DNA from: Trichosphaerium sp. ATCC 40318
Lineage: Eukaryota > Protista > Tubulinea
Length of the DNA stretch: 64,000 nucleotides
Reading direction: 5' to 3'
Assembly: GCA_038496445.1 (NCBI GenBank)
Contig: JALMLS010000322.1
Coordinates: 186,001 to 250,000, forward strand
The notes below the pieces were generated by a model. It was given only the letters and a program-made list of their open reading frames with translations. It had not been told where the DNA came from and did not search any database. The first letter of the stretch is position 1. Every line of letters begins with the position of its first letter. Both the position numbers and the translations under genes were made by a program. Of this stretch, positions 39,493-54,189 are shown in pieces.

Positions 39493-39925
39493 AACTCTCT
39501 ATTTTTTTTTCAAAAAACATGTTAAAAGTTCAGCTTTAAAATACAAAAAGTCAGTATACACCCTTTTTTTTTGTTTAAACGACTCACGTGAGTGCATTGC
39601 TTTTAAAATCTCATAGAAGAGTATTTTCTGGTTTATTGCGATTAAAACCGTTAAGAAATACTGTTTAAATGTACGGTACAAGGTTGCTATTGCAGCTGCA
39701 GTCAAAATACTGAACTTTTTCCTCATGAAGAAATATCCTACAGTTATCAGCCAATACATTTCGACATAGTGTCATTCATGCAATAAATGCGTTCATTTTA
39801 ATACTAAGAGAATATAGGTATATTGTGTATCAGCATGCTGATAAAAAGCGAACTAGAGTTTTTACAAAATACTTTTTAGTTTTTATTTACATTGTTTTTT
39901 ATGTTTTATATTCTAACCACGTCTT

Positions 39926-42362
39926 TTAATACCACGTGTTATTTGATACAGGTGTATACCCATAGTTAGAAACTGGAGGATCACAATAGTTTTGTATGAC
40001 AGGAGGCATTATCTGTTGTTGAAATTGTTGTTGTTGTAGTTGTTGATATTGCTGTTCCATCTGTGTTTGAGTTATTAGCATTCTTATTTGTCTTTGCCTT
40101 GCATTAGATTCAGCTTTTATCGCTTTCTTTCTTTGTTCTGTATAAACATCCTCTAGAAACATTATATGTTAGTGCAACTATCCAACTGAAATAGAACGTA
40201 TTTGTTGTATGACTGTACAAGCAAAGAAAAAAAACCAGTGTTTTCGGACAACAATTTTCTCATTTTTTTACGGTTTATCACCTGTAATAGGCGTACAGAA
40301 GTTATCAAATTCGGTTTGTAGTGTAATATAATAAACACCAAGCGTGGGAATGAAAATATAGTTTCAACAGAGGTTGCTAGAGTGAGTTTTTTTGAAAAAA
40401 CCTGGAGACAAATCAAAAGAAAATTCACGTACTTGGAGACATTACTACTAATCTAAACTTCTTTCCAACAGCTCGTGCATATTTAGAGTAATTACTATGA
40501 AGATGCTTTCGTTCATTTGCTGATATTTCAAAAGCAAAAGTTGTTCCTTTCTTCAAAAAAAAAAATAGAGTTAGTTACAGAAAACTTTACATAGGTACTT
40601 TGAGACACAGTCAAAACTTTTTTCAGTATTTTCTATATAGTAACCACAAACCCTTGTGAAAGATCACAAATTTTATAGGTGTTAAGAGATAATGACTGTT
40701 GAGTGAGTGTAGAACTAAGATGTCTGGATTTTTTTTAACTTACCTCTAAAATATTGAAAATAGCTGTTTTCCTTTGTACATTATCAAGCGCTTCATCCAT
40801 TGTAATCAATTCATTTCCTAATCCGAGAGTACCAGGATTAACAATCAAGTTGTCATAAAAGCCGCCTATACAAACACAAAGTAAGAGAACAGTACCGATT
40901 TGCTTTTAAAGATGAAAAAGAACAAAAAAAGTGTTTTGTTACCTTCCACAGTTTTAGCTGTTGTTGGTTCCTCACAAGCTTGCTGTAACTCTTTCAAGCT
41001 TTGTAAAATAGGAATCTAACATAAGAAAAAATGTTAATATCAATACTACTTGAGAATAGCAAAAGGCTTTCCGTAGAGACAGCACATACCCTGTTTATTC
41101 TCATATATTTCCATTTTGCTTCAGGTGGACAATACCGTAATATTTGTTGTACTTCTACCATGGTATCAAGAAACATTGCAGCCAATAACGTGCACTCAAC
41201 ATCGTTCTAAAACTAAAGTTAAACCCAAGAACAACACAAGCCAAAAAATATGTCGACGCTTTCTTGTTGCGATACAAGCGAACTGCAAAAAAAATCACGT
41301 TGTAGGTTTTGTTAAACACGTGCAATACTGTTGAGTAACAAAAAGTCATCTTACAACGTACATGTGTATCGTGTAAAAGTGGTTCTATACTTATTTGTAC
41401 ATAATGTTCTAATGATAGTCGTCTATTATGTCCACCAACAACAGTAACTTCTTCAACAACTTCAACATTTATAGGAAGCTCTACAATATCACCTTGGTGA
41501 TTCTAATACAACGTCAGCCAAACAAACGAAACTAAAGAAACTTGATTCATAGTGTAAGATAACGTACAACATGTTTTGGTCTGCATGGAGTCACAATCTA
41601 AATTAGAACATAAGTTTCTTCTTTTTTTCATGGCAAGGCTCATACCTTTTCTCTTCTGGAGTCTACTGATGTTGGTAGTGTTCCATTACCATTAGGTGGT
41701 AGCCTTTCTGTAGTAAGATACTTTACATAGACATCATAACAGAAGCCATATTTAGTAAGCTCTAGAGATGATCTACATTTCTCTATACTTCTTTCTTTGA
41801 AAACACATTGCATATTTTCAGCATGAACTCTTCGATGTATAGCGTCCCTAGACTTTAACCAAATACGTAAGCATATAGTACAACATATTACATATTCTAT
41901 ATGTACTTACCATGAAGAATTCAACAACAGTACTTGCGCTTAAAACACAGTGTGAGAAAGAAAACTTTATGATTGATTTTCTTGTCTTGATTGACTTTGT
42001 TTTGAGAAAATACTTACCTTGGATTATGGTATTTTGGGTATGTTTGAAGCTCTTTGCGAAGGAATCGTGATTCGCCCTCTGTTAAGAATATTTGACAAGT
42101 AACTGTTTTTGTGGAATCAATCACTGATGTTTTTGATGGCGAATCTACGCTCAATGACTTCTTAACTACGTCTGATATGCGTTCAAGCATTAATTTGTGA
42201 CTTTTTGCGTTTCTTCGATTCTATGTAAGTACATGTGGTGTAGAAGGTTTCGTACAGCGAAGGGAAGGGTGAAGAAGCCCAAAGAGGCACTTCTTCTGGA
42301 TAAAACCAATACGGGGCACCAAAAAAGCCTTCTTTATACGGAGGATGATTATCTTGAGACAT
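39926..42362 (-). CDS. Multi-exon hypothetical protein with Gln-rich C-terminus
   Basis: Spliceable exons from MSQDNHPPYKEGFFG to QQYQQLQQQQFQQQ...NNTWY*. No family recognised. Confidence 0.55.
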
Positions 42363-42521
42363 AAGGTTATAAGGAGTGTTACTTTGAACGTGATAGCGGT
42401 TAATGAAATAAGAAAGCACTTGATTGAATTCATTAAGTGCACCGTCCTTTCACCTTATTGGCATCAAGTCGCTTTTTTTATTGGCACTACACACATTTTC
42501 TGTGGCTTTACTACAGGCGTC

Positions 42522-44317
42522 ATGTCATTTGACGCGGACAATGTACCAGAAAGTCAATTCGGTCTAAATCACGCGACATCAGCGCCCAAGCGCAGAGGCA
42601 GACGGAAAGGTAACGGTTTGAGGAACAATAAATAGAAAAAAGTTTACAAATGTACTAGGCACCACCAAACAAGTGCTATTGGATCGAATTACATCACTGG
42701 AACGCGCTGTAGCTTCGGAGAAACAAATTCAGGCTACTATACTACAATCATTAACAGAACGCAATAAAGCTGTTAAAGGACAGCAAGGGCTCAAGAGAAA
42801 GCGTAAACAAACACAACAACATGTATGTCGTACTCAGCAGACTTCTACAGGCTCGTACAATTGTATTTTAATAGTTGCTTTAGGCAAGTCTTTTACAGGC
42901 TTCTAGTTTGAATCATAGTTATGATATTCAGGCCGGTATATCTCTATGTAATGCATTTGTTGGTTCTCAATGTCCTTCATGCGCGTTTAAACCCATACAC
43001 TTCGACAGCTTTTTCAAGCAGCAACGTGAGTGACGTTACCAAACAAGTTTTTTTTCTTCCTAACTTTTCTGTAAGCCACGCCGTCAATATTTAGGGCTTA
43101 TGCTATGCTTGCTCTTCAACAGCAGTATTACGATAACAAACACTATGCTGTGCAATTCGCTAAGATAGCCTTGGGTATACAGAACAACATAATGGACATG
43201 CCACGACCTGAGACAGCTGGCATGTAGTTTTGTTATCGCTTTTCTTTTTTAATTGTTTTTCAGTTGGACTTATGGTTCTTGCTTCGTACTTCTTTGGAGT
43301 TGGAGATCCTCATCGTGCTGTTTCTCTTATTGAACTAGCTGATGACATGTTGAGCTGTCTAGAATCTATCAGACGTCTTAGAAAAGGTTCAGTAACGTAT
43401 TTGAAGCAAGTATTCAATGTGTACTACCTCTAGGTGTCTCTATGCCATCAAGTCTTGCTTATAACATTAAGATTATCCGCCTGCGATTACCTCAATTTTC
43501 TAGTACTGCTGGAGATGAACAAACACGTGAATACGCTACTGGAACTTTAAAGGTACAAAATGAGTTATTATCAAAAAACATAGAAAGTGGCGATGGTCTT
43601 CTTATTAAGCTACATACTTTAAAGGCTCTAGCAGAGATTCAAGTACGTTGAATGTAACATGTCAAGAACTTAGTTTATAGAATCACGTGTTTTCTAACTG
43701 ACTACTCCAGGCTACACAGTATGCAAGGACAGGAAAGACTCAGTATGCTAAATCTTGTAAAGCGTATATGGATGATGCTTTAGAGCTTTCAGAGCTTCTT
43801 CCAGATCATCCTATTGATAAGTTTTATTGCCAAGCATCTGCTTCCTGGGTGTATAGATTACTTGATAAGAAAGAAGACGCAGTAAAAGCTGCTGAGAGAG
43901 TGCTTGATGATTGTAGTTGGATATTAAGAGCAAAGGGTGTTTATCCTTATATTGGATTGGCAGCAGTATGGGCATGGCAGACATTTGATATTTACAGTAT
44001 GGAAAAACATAAAGACGAACTTTGGAAGTTTCTACACCCTATGGCTTTGCGATATCCTTTAATTTCTGTTAAACTAGAGGTGACACAAAGAACTTTTTTT
44101 TCTCGGTTTCTTATTGTTTTTGTAGAGTACCTTCTGCTATTAGTACAACTTGTAACGCTTCACAAAACAATAGAAACTTCACATATTCCCCAATACTTTC
44201 ACTTATTCTAAATTTTGACTAGAAAAAAAGTTTGATATGCCAACTTTTTTGTTGCAGAGCAACTCTGTTTTAGATTGTACATGCAAGTCAGTAAAGGAAA
44301 AGATTAGTAATCACTGA
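42522..44317 (+). CDS. Putative nuclear regulator: basic PKRRGRRK motif, coiled coil, helical C-terminal domain
   Basis: MSFDAD...APKRRGRRK, LLDRITSLERAV, NLS-like KRKRK. The layout resembles fungal-type transcription factors, but no Zn2Cys6 cluster is visible. Confidence 0.5.
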
Positions 44318-44596
44318 ATAAACCTTTGCTTTGCATTATGTCCCAATTGTACTCAAAATTATAGTTTACAATGCTGCGGCTAGCACTGTTCCTTGAGCTT
44401 CTCATTTAAGCATTTGCTCTGCATATCTTTTTGCTGTAGCTTTCGGAAGTGTACAAGAGTCTTGGTTATTTACTATCACGTGAATGAATCGGAAAACCTG
44501 CTCCGTTATGTTACTAATATACGTTTTTGTTTATTACAGCCTTATACATAAACCAAGTTTTACTGAGTACATCCTTTTCAAGAGTGAAAGAAATCA

Positions 44597-45131
44597 TCAA
44601 GACAAGGCCCAATAAACATCTTGAATCCAAGGCTTTTTCTCCTCTAGTCGTTGAGAAAACTGAGCCTCTAAGCTTCTTAACACTCTACTCAAAGAAATGA
44701 GAATCACACAGAGGTATGTGGATATTGGGTTAACGCGGGTTTTTTTCTGTTCGCTCGCTGAGAAAAATGTTGTTTTCTCTTATTCTTGTACGTACTGGGT
44801 AAAAGTAATGTTTTTATCCTCTTGTATAAGACGTCTTACGGATTGTACAACGATATCAGATGGAAGTAAAGACGTGGAGCTGTTTTGGATTTGAGTGATG
44901 TGTTTCGCGTTCGCAAGGCGTCCAGATGTCCTAATATCTCCATTGGGCGAATCTTAGAGTAACGTAAGTACAATTTAACAACCATAGCGCACCTTCATTT
45001 AGGAATTGCCCGTTATTTGCTAAACCCTCTTGCATGTCGCTATAGTTTGTATATTTCGACCTGGGGTTTCTTGTACTTCTCCTGGGGCCTGAATTTTGTA
45101 GATCATTATTCAACCCTCCAGAACCGTTCAT
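44597..45131 (-). CDS. Small protein with a DEK C-terminal-like domain
   Basis: Spliced LPSDIVVQSVRRLIQEDKNITFTQ|VLRSLEAQFSQRLEEKKPWIQDV fits the DEK-C pattern. First exon join is uncertain. Confidence 0.55.
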
Positions 45132-45410
45132 ATTGAACTATTGGTCACGCTACGAGCGTAGGCGCGTGATGCGTTGCAAATTGATTGATAACAGAAGAAC
45201 AGATTTGACTAGTCGTCATCTTTTTTTCTGTTTTCCAAAAGCGCTAATTTCTTTTCGCGTGCTGATTGCTTACTTTCTTTTCAGCAAGGTACAACAATAA
45301 GCGTTAATGCTATACGTTTGTGGAACAAAATAAGCATTTATTCATTATTGAGAAGAATCACGTGCAAGAAGATACGCCGTTGGTTTGTACAGAAAACGAG
45401 AGGAAGTTGT

Positions 45411-47297
45411 TTACTTTGGTTTCTTCTTTTCTTCTTCTTTTTTATTGGTGTTACTAGACCCAAGCGGTTCATCACAAACCCTATCATATATAATATCGTT
45501 ATCATTATACTCGGACTTGAATAGAACAGATGTCATACTAGTCTTAACAGCAGACTCCCAGAACACAACAACATCACCATCTTCATCTTTTTTTTCAATA
45601 ACACCAACACCTTCTAAAGAATCTTGTTGAGCCAAAACACGTTTCCTATCTTCTTCATCTTCATCAACTTTTTCTGCCAAATCAAATGAAATATCAGTAA
45701 CAAGAGAAAGATGGTCTGAACCCCAATACTTATTAGGTATACCACCTATTTTATTCAACTCTTCATATCCAGGTAGTTCATAAAGAATCTTTGATTTAAG
45801 ATCCTTTGTAAGAAATATATAATCAACAGTACCATGAAATTGATTCATATAAGTTGTGAACAATGGCTCACCAATACTTTTTGAATAACCATCAAAGGCA
45901 GAGTAGAAATCATATTTATGTGTAATATAGTCATCTGTATAATTTGATTTTCTATTACCTGCACCAGGTGGTCTCTGAGGAAGATCCTCAGAGTCTCTCC
46001 AAAGATATGAATACGTTTCTCTATCCATACCACCTGGATTTCGAACAACATCTGCTGTTTTTCTACACATAAAAGTCAGCTTTTTTTACGGTTTGGAGGA
46101 GGTTTATAAGCGTATGCAAGATAGCTCACCCATTGGATTTATCTAAGTCTTCTTGTTTCCAATCACTCAGGGTTAGCCATCCAAGTTTAAGATACTGGTA
46201 CAACCCAGAAGTAGGTCCAGAATTAAAATCGCCACAAAGAATGACACGTTCTGTACCAATATGGAATCGAGCTATTGTATTCGCAATGAGTTGTGCTTGT
46301 CTGACTTTAACCTCTGCTAAACATAAAAATTAAGTACACTATATGAAGAGTCACTGGTGACTCAAAAAAAAGACAAAAAAAAAAGCATTAAGCAAAACTG
46401 AACGTACATAGCTCTGGTTTCCAGATTATATGTGTTGTAGCAATACATATATAATTTTCTGGTATATAATCTACATTTGTAGGGCATAATATGATTAATG
46501 CAGCCACACAATTTTGTTTAAAATGAGATCCAGGAGGCATCCCATCATTAAGATTTAATACTTTCGTCTTCACTTTGAAAAACTTTTCGGGTTTCCAGAA
46601 GACACCGCAACCATCTCGTCTGGGTTTACCTCTCTAAAGTTGTATGAGTAATAATTGAACTTGTAGACGATTAAACGACAACAACAAAGATGTAAAGAGT
46701 GAGGAAAAAGCAGTGCTTTTTGTATTCAGTGAATTAATGTTCGTACTTTCGCATAGAAACCAATGTACTTCTTCTGTAACTCGCTTTCCATCTCTTGATA
46801 GCAATCCAATTCCTTCTTCATGTCAGCTTGTATACATATGACAGGTGGAGAACAGTATTGTTGCTATTCAAAGGCTGTGAGAGGTACTTACTTGCATACA
46901 AATAATATCTGGATCTTTTTCGTCAATATGTTGCAAAATCTTTTCTTTACGATAATCCCAGCGAAGATCACCTCTACCACAGAACGGATAGAAGCTCGGG
47001 TTTGCGTAAGACGCTGCCAGAATGTTCCAAGTCATTAATTTAAACGTGCATTGTTTTTTGGATGCGTCGGCTACCGTGAAAGTAAGTTTTTTTGCGCTTA
47101 GAGCGTGGTGTATAACGGTAAAGTCGGTTTAATCGTTTTTAAAGTGAAAACGTGCCATTGTCGTCAATACTAGCTAGTTTGTAGTTTGGCCGCGTAGGGT
47201 AATCGAATTCTAAGCTTCTAGCCTGTGTAGACTTTCTACGTTTATAATCTCTATTACTATAACTCTTCTTCCTCGAGCTGCGGCTTCTCTTACGCAT
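45411..47297 (-). CDS. CCR4/Angel-family EEP nuclease/phosphatase
   Basis: MTWNILA, DPDIICMQE, RDGCGVFW, IATTHIIW, VILCGDFNSGP, FHGTVDYIF, GIPNKYWGSDHLSL. Confidence 0.9.
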
Positions 47298-47323
47298 AAT
47301 GATTTTGTTGATTGAAAAAAAGC

Positions 47324-50067
47324 ATGGATGTGGCTTTACTACGCTCGCTTAATTGCTCAAAAGTAGTCTAAGCTCACTGTTTAAATACAGAAGGGTTTAC
47401 TTAGTGTGAGAAGCCTATTTCCGGCGTTTGGCGCCAGTTTGTTCATAACATTGACCTTTTTTCTGTGACATACCGTTTGAGCTAATTGTCCCTGAAATAC
47501 CTACATAGACCTTAATGACGTTGGACATGCATTGGTACTGCACGTGGTTGACAAAAAAACTATTGAGACCGAATTTGACCTTCTGCTCCTTTTGAGCACA
47601 GTAAGTTGTCACTACCCAATAACGCCGATGCTTGCGTTTTGAGGTGGGCTACCGTACGTATGGCAACGAAGGAGCAGTTAGATGGGCTAAAGGAATCAGT
47701 TACGACACTGGACGCTGTCGTAGCAAAGGTAATAGCATTTACGCGCCTTTTGAGGCCTAAAAACGAAAATTTAAAAAAAAATTAACCAAACTAGTTAAAA
47801 ACTCTTGTATCTGATGGACATCCTCTAGCCTATCAAGTATTTGATGGTGCTGTATTTCAATTCGTTATTGGTGCCAAACCGTTTGGTACACCATTCTATA
47901 TTGGTAAGCAGGCGTTATATACTATCTCTTGAAGCTCGTACTGACGTCACACTAAAGATATCCGCAAACGCGTACTTGTCGAAGGTACACCGCCTATTTC
48001 TTCCAGAAATTACTCCTTTTTGACTTTCTCGCTCAGAATACAATGTCCACTCCGATGTAGAGGTTATTGCTACCTCTGCAGAGTTTGTAAAGTTTGCTAC
48101 AGGATCTGATGAAGACTCTCCACCTATTATGGAGGTTCATGGAATCCCAGAACGTGTTCGTCAGGTGGGTTTCCAAATACAACTTTCTGCTTTTTTTTTA
48201 ACTGACTTTTGCTTTAGCTTCAAGGACTTTCTATGTTACTTGCCCAAACTCCAGTAAATTTAGATGCAAGACAATTTGACGTTGTTGTTGTTGGCGCTGG
48301 AGCAAGTGGTATTGGTATAGGCATGATGTTATCAAGAACAATGCTTGACAATTATATCATTATTGATAGACATAGTATTGGTTCGTGCTTGTTACTGTGT
48401 CATCCATTATGTTATTACGAACATGTTGAGTCTTATGTTGGTATACTAGGGGGAACATTTAAACTATGGCCTAAGGAAATGAGATTCATATCTCCTTCAT
48501 TTTGTGGAAACTTCTTTGGTGCCATTGTACTCTACTTTCCAAAAATACCCAAACACGTGTCAGCTAACTGTACTTATCTCCTAGGACTTGAATGCTGTTT
48601 CATATGATACATCGCCAGCACATAGTATGGGAGTTGAACATCCGAATGGCGAAGAGTATGCATGTTACCTTGAACGTATAGCAAAAGCACATAAACTAAA
48701 AATTGCAACTCCTGTAAATGTTAGAGAAGTTGATTATTCTGAAGGCGAAAGTAAGTTACTGTGCTTTCTTCCATGTTCATCTAAAACTGATTCCAAACAC
48801 TTTGTGATAATTCTAGCTTATGAATCACAGCTCATGTAGGAACTTACTTTTGCTTTGAGGCTCATTCAGATACACTCTTGAGACTTCAGCAGGTACTTTC
48901 TATTCAGAATATATTATTTGGGCTGGAGGAGAGTTTCAGTATCCAAAGACGGACAGCTTCCCAGGATCTCAGAACTGTATGCATACGAGCTTAATACATA
49001 ACTACGCTTCAATGGCAAACAGTTCCATAGAACAATTTATCATTGGAGGCTACGAGAGGTACAAAATTAAGGTGCTCTGTAAAAGTAAAAAATTTCAAAT
49101 CTAGTGGCCTTGATGCAGCGATTGGACTTTCCTCTCATGGTTCTACAGTGAAAGTAATCGATGGAGGAAGTCCTTGGAATAAGCGAAGTAGTGATGCCAG
49201 TGTAATTGTAGCACCATATACAATGAAGCGCCTCACGTGCGTCAACAAATAGAGTACCAAATAGTGACTAAAACCGATTGTTCAGTGAAGCAAGAACAAG
49301 ACAAAACATACCAGGAATACCAAGTGTAACCCTTATAGACCATCATAGAGTAGATTCTGTTGACTTTTATACTGAAGGAGAGGACCTTCTTTGGAAGATT
49401 CATTGTACTAAGACAGAACGTGATGTACGCTTAAAGTTCTGTTTGAACGAAAAAACTAACTGTTTTTTTTTCTAAGTTCGAGGGAAACGAAACGTCTAAA
49501 GTCCCAGTGGAGTTCATAACAAAATCAAGGCCGTTTATTGCTACAGGATTCAAGGGAAGTCATCTTACATTGATGGAACCTTTTTTTGAGTGGTTAGAAG
49601 GTCAAGCAAAGTTAACAAAGAAAGATGAGTCAACTACTACAGAAGGATTATTTTTAGTTGGTACGTACAATTCCCTTTCGCAAAAAAAAATTTCTTCATG
49701 CTCGCTTGACTGTTGTCGAACAAAATGTTATTATTCAATTCCATATGTGCTATATGTGGTATTTTGGGTATACAATATAAGTTTTGTGATTCATTAAGAA
49801 AGTGTTGCGTCATTGCTTCAAAAAGAGGAATTTGTTTTGAAAAAAAAAACAACTTGTAATTTACTCTTCGTTTTAGGCCCTATGGTTCGTCATGAGAATA
49901 ATAAGATTATACTTTGCTTTGTGTATAAATTTAGACAACGTTTTGCTGTTGTTATTGAAGAAATATGCAAGCGTTTGGATATATCTTGTTCTTGGGTAAA
50001 GCCGTACAAGGATAATGGTTTATACATGGATGATTTTTCTTGTTGTCTTTCAAACTGCGTTTGCTAA
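47324..50067 (+). CDS. Bacterial-type FAD/NAD(P)-dependent oxidoreductase (Pyr_redox_3-like) with N-terminal extension and Cys-rich tail; start uncertain
   Basis: DVVVVGAGASGIG, GGTFKLWPKEMRFISPSF, DLNAVSYDTSPA, EHPNGEEYACYL, IIWAGGEFQYP, IIGGYESGLDAA, ATGF, DESTTTEGLFLVGPMVRH, CFVYKFRQRFAVV, YMDDFSCCLSNCVC*. Confidence 0.85.
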
Positions 50068-50395
50068 CTTACACTTCCGTATGCACGCGACGAAGAATGC
50101 ATTGTATCAAAACGTGAAAACAAAAGAGTTTATACAGGTATTATTCATACAGTACTTGTCCACTGCCTACTTCCTCCGGAAAAAACGAACAAAAGGTTCT
50201 GTGGCGCAAGACAATATCAACAAGGGTGACAAAAGTATCTTCGTCTGTACAATAATAAAACCCTCTTTTGGCTTATATACAATTTATTGATACTATGAAA
50301 ACCAAAGATGCTGGTGGAAGGGTTTTTAATTTATTTTACAAGATTCCCAGTAGCACATTTTTTTTCGTAAATTTTTCTTGATTTTTTCTTGTTTT

Positions 50396-53300
50396 TTATA
50401 CAGAAGGTCGCCTTGTTAATCTAGGTTCAAGTTTTCTTGATAATTCAAATAATTTATCATCATCTAATGTATGCATTTCTCCAAGAAGGAAAGATTGAAC
50501 ATACGGATCAGGGACAATGTGATAACGAAGTTTTTGGATTTTCTCCATAGAATTAATAACTTTTGCTATTTTCCTCATCTTGGTCCAATTTACGTTTCCT
50601 TTGCTTGTTTTTGTTGCTAAACCGTCTTTTATAAATGTAAGGTCCATCAAGAATACACCTAGAAAGAATAAAATTTAATTACAAAGTCACATGATGACGA
50701 TAAATGAAAAAAAAAACTTAAAGTACCTAAATAAGGAACAAAAGCAGAGTTTAAGTTTTTTATGGCTTCACGATACTTATGCCAATTTTTCGTTGGTGCT
50801 GTGTATTTCTTTAATTTCTCTTTTAGCTTTAGCCACTTAGATCCGAGCTCCTGGAGATTTTTTAACCTTAGAAAAAAAGCACAAAAAAAAAAAAGAAAAA
50901 GAAAAAAAGAAAAAAAAGTAAAAGAAAAGCTCAAAGCAGCAATCACGTACAGGCCAACATTTTAGTCTCTCCACTGCTGGGTTTGCTAGACCTAGATTTA
51001 TTTCAAGCAATCCACAATAATTCCGGGCTGCAAGACAATACTAAAGCCATACAGTTAGAACAACACAACTCACTCAAAAAAAAGCCAAAAATCAAAAAAC
51101 GAACCTGAGCAATAGACAGAAACTTCTTCACAACTGAAATACGTTTTGAAGGGTTTGGTGTGCTTATTATTTCTGTAGCAACCCATGAGCTAACCTATTA
51201 ATACATATTAGGATCACTAAGCCAATCAATAAGTCATACGTTATTAATCCACTTAATCGCAATATCCAAGTTCGGTGCTTGTTTTTCTCGATCTTCTTTC
51301 TTTCCTACAAGCCAGAAATTGACTTCATGAGCTTTTATTTTCTTGAATAATGAGAATTCAAGAAACGTAAGCTGTCTTGCAAACTTGTCCTCCCTAAAAA
51401 TCGTAAGAATTGAATAAATATGCTGCAAAGTTAACAGCACAAAATCGGTACATGGGACTTGTGTTTGTTGTGTATCGCACCTGAAATCAGTAATACTTAG
51501 GTCTGAAGGACGTTTTACATCTATAGAAGGTACACACAATCGCGCTCTAGCATCTTGTTCTTGCTCTTTAGTCATCTATAAGAGTAACAATAAGCAATCA
51601 TGTTTGTTTATACAAGAAAAAGCATAGCTCATTAACAAGAAATTAGCTCATGCGTACTGAGAAAATATATCGTTTATTCGGCCTAAAACCATATAGACTT
51701 GACGAAGATCCTCTTTGATGAATAAGATGACGTTTGAGAGCTAAAAAGTGGATGTCAATACAACCAAGAATTTTAGGCTTTTTTTTTTTTCTTATTACCT
51801 TCTGATAGCAATTCAATAGCAAGATCTTGTGGTAGTGAGTATGGCTCACCACAAAGGTAACGAATGATGTACGGTCCTTCAATTAAAGTTATTATATGAA
51901 CAAATGAGGAAGAAGGAATGGCGTTTTAAGTACCTTTAAACTTAACACTGCCTGTAACATCCATTGCATCAATAATAAGTTTCTCTAGAGCTTCCGTATC
52001 AAAACCTGACTTCATAAACCGGATATACTGGTTCAAATGAGCTGAAAACCCAAGCTGTGATATTAACCTGGAGACAGAGAACATTAGAACGAAAACAGCC
52101 AACAAAGAATAACATAGTTCATAGGACCAGAAAAATGTTTTAATTTAATTTGTGGTAAATAGCGTACGTTATTCTCTGTTCAATAAAGTCTTTCAAGACA
52201 TCAATCAATCCATCATTTTGTAAAGCCTTATAACTATGTTGTATCCATTTGTTCAAAAATAGAACAATTCTATAGGCCGAACAGTAAGCATAGACCAAAA
52301 AAACAAAATACATCAAATTAAGCCCAACAAGATAACTCCTTTACGAGCAGCATGGTAAAAAATTACGCAAATTATTAATGGTAAACACTTACTTATGTTG
52401 AGAGTATATACGGTCTTTGTTTAACTGCTCAATTTTATCAGGAGTGGCATTAGTGGGTGGATGTAAATCAAACCTGTAGATTCAAATGTTACAAAAAAAA
52501 AAAACAAAACAAACAATACAAACAATACTACTATTTCCATCTACTAACCTCGCTGTAATATGTTTCAAGACTTCAGTAGGATTTGTAAAATAAATAATTG
52601 TTTTGATAAAGTCATCAGTAAAGTCAACTACATAAGACAAGTGTTAACAAGCAGAATTTGAAAAAAAAAAAAAAAAAAAAGAAATGAAGTCTCCCGAGAT
52701 TATGGGTACCATATCGTTTGTCTGTTAATGCAAAGATCAATCCAGCAACTGTAGAGTCTTTTATAACACGTTTATGTTTTCCTTTGGATAGAACATAATG
52801 CTGTAAATAAAAGTTAGTGAGAGTGTTAAAATAGAAACTATTTCTTTAATGGTACGTACAATGCCATTTTCAAAGTGCATTTCACGCTTTGATTTTCCAC
52901 TACGGCTACTTCTAGAGCCCATAGTAATTGAGTCATTTGATGATAATGGCGTGTTAGTAAGCTCACCTAGTTAATCATCAGCTAAAAATATCTACGACTT
53001 AAATGCAAATAGCAAGCATTCTTTCACTCACTACTGCTTTTGACGTACTTCCAGAATCTGAATCATCAAAGTCAAGTCTCTTTCTAGTACCAGGGAATCC
53101 TTAGAACATAGTTAATTTGAAGACTGACCACGTGTAATAAGCTGAAAACAACTTTTTTCAAATTGGCGCAAAAAGATCTTATTATTTTGAGTTGTCTTCT
53201 TACCTTGCCTCTCTCTTCTTGAAGATTTCGAACCTCCCCGTAGTAGAAACGAATACTTACTTGTACGCTTTTTCATATGACGACGCCCAGTCGAAGTACG

Positions 53301-54050
53301 ATCACGTTTATCATGACTTTTTTTAGAATGACGGCTTGATTTGCTTGGTTTGCGTGTAGGAAGCCATTCGCTGTTGCCCTTAGTGCCGTCGTGGGTATTT
53401 CTGTATGCCCCATCACGAGCGCTTTTAGGAGCCTTTGAATGCCGTGCTGAGTGCTTTTTCTTTTTACTAGAGGACGTAAAAAGTCAGAACAAAAAACGTG
53501 AAAAAAAAACATTAAAAAAACTCAAATTACAATGAAGAAGCGCCTACCCATGAGTTGCAGATTTCCGTCTTTGTTTTTTAACCTCTTTTAAATCCAATGA
53601 AAACATAGACTCGGATGTTTCTTTATTCTTTTGTTTTCCACGGCTGTGGCGAGACCATTTTTTCGAAATTTTTTTCTCGATTTGTGAAAGCGTGGAGGAA
53701 ATGTCTATCATGAAACATGTCAAGGAAAAAGCTTTGAGGATTTTTTTTTAAACGGTACCTTCTTCTGTTAAATCTTCTCCTTTATTATCAGAGTCCTTAA
53801 TAAGCTCTTCAAGTGCCTCAACATTTTTTGCTAAAATTAAAAACAAACTGTTACTCATCGTTGTTATTAATACGCAGTAGAGTACGTTTGGGAATAAAAT
53901 TCACGTTGAAAATGTAAAAATGTGATTGAAAAAAAAAAAACCAAGCAGTACAAGCCAACGCCTACCTCCAATGACTGTTAACCTTCTTTGCTCATGCATA
54001 TGTGTTTCGCCGCTAGTTAATTCAACCTCCTCATCAGAGGAAGAACTTCC
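50396..54050 (-). CDS. RasGEF (REM/RasGEF_N plus CDC25 domain)
   Basis: STVAGLIFALT, DFTDDFIKTIIYF, ARQLTFLEFSLFKKI, APNL, NYCGLLEINLGL, FVPYLGVFLMDLTFIKDG, VNWTKMR, LFELSRKLEPR. Confidence 0.9.
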
Positions 54051-54189
54051 CTAAAGAGACCTCACGTGAGTAAAGAAACCCAAAAAAAAATGCCTTTGAT
54101 TGAAAGAAGAAAAAAATCTCCTAAGGACCCGTTCTAAAAAAAAGATTTCCCGGCTGTCATGTATCAACAACAATGTTCAAATACACAAG

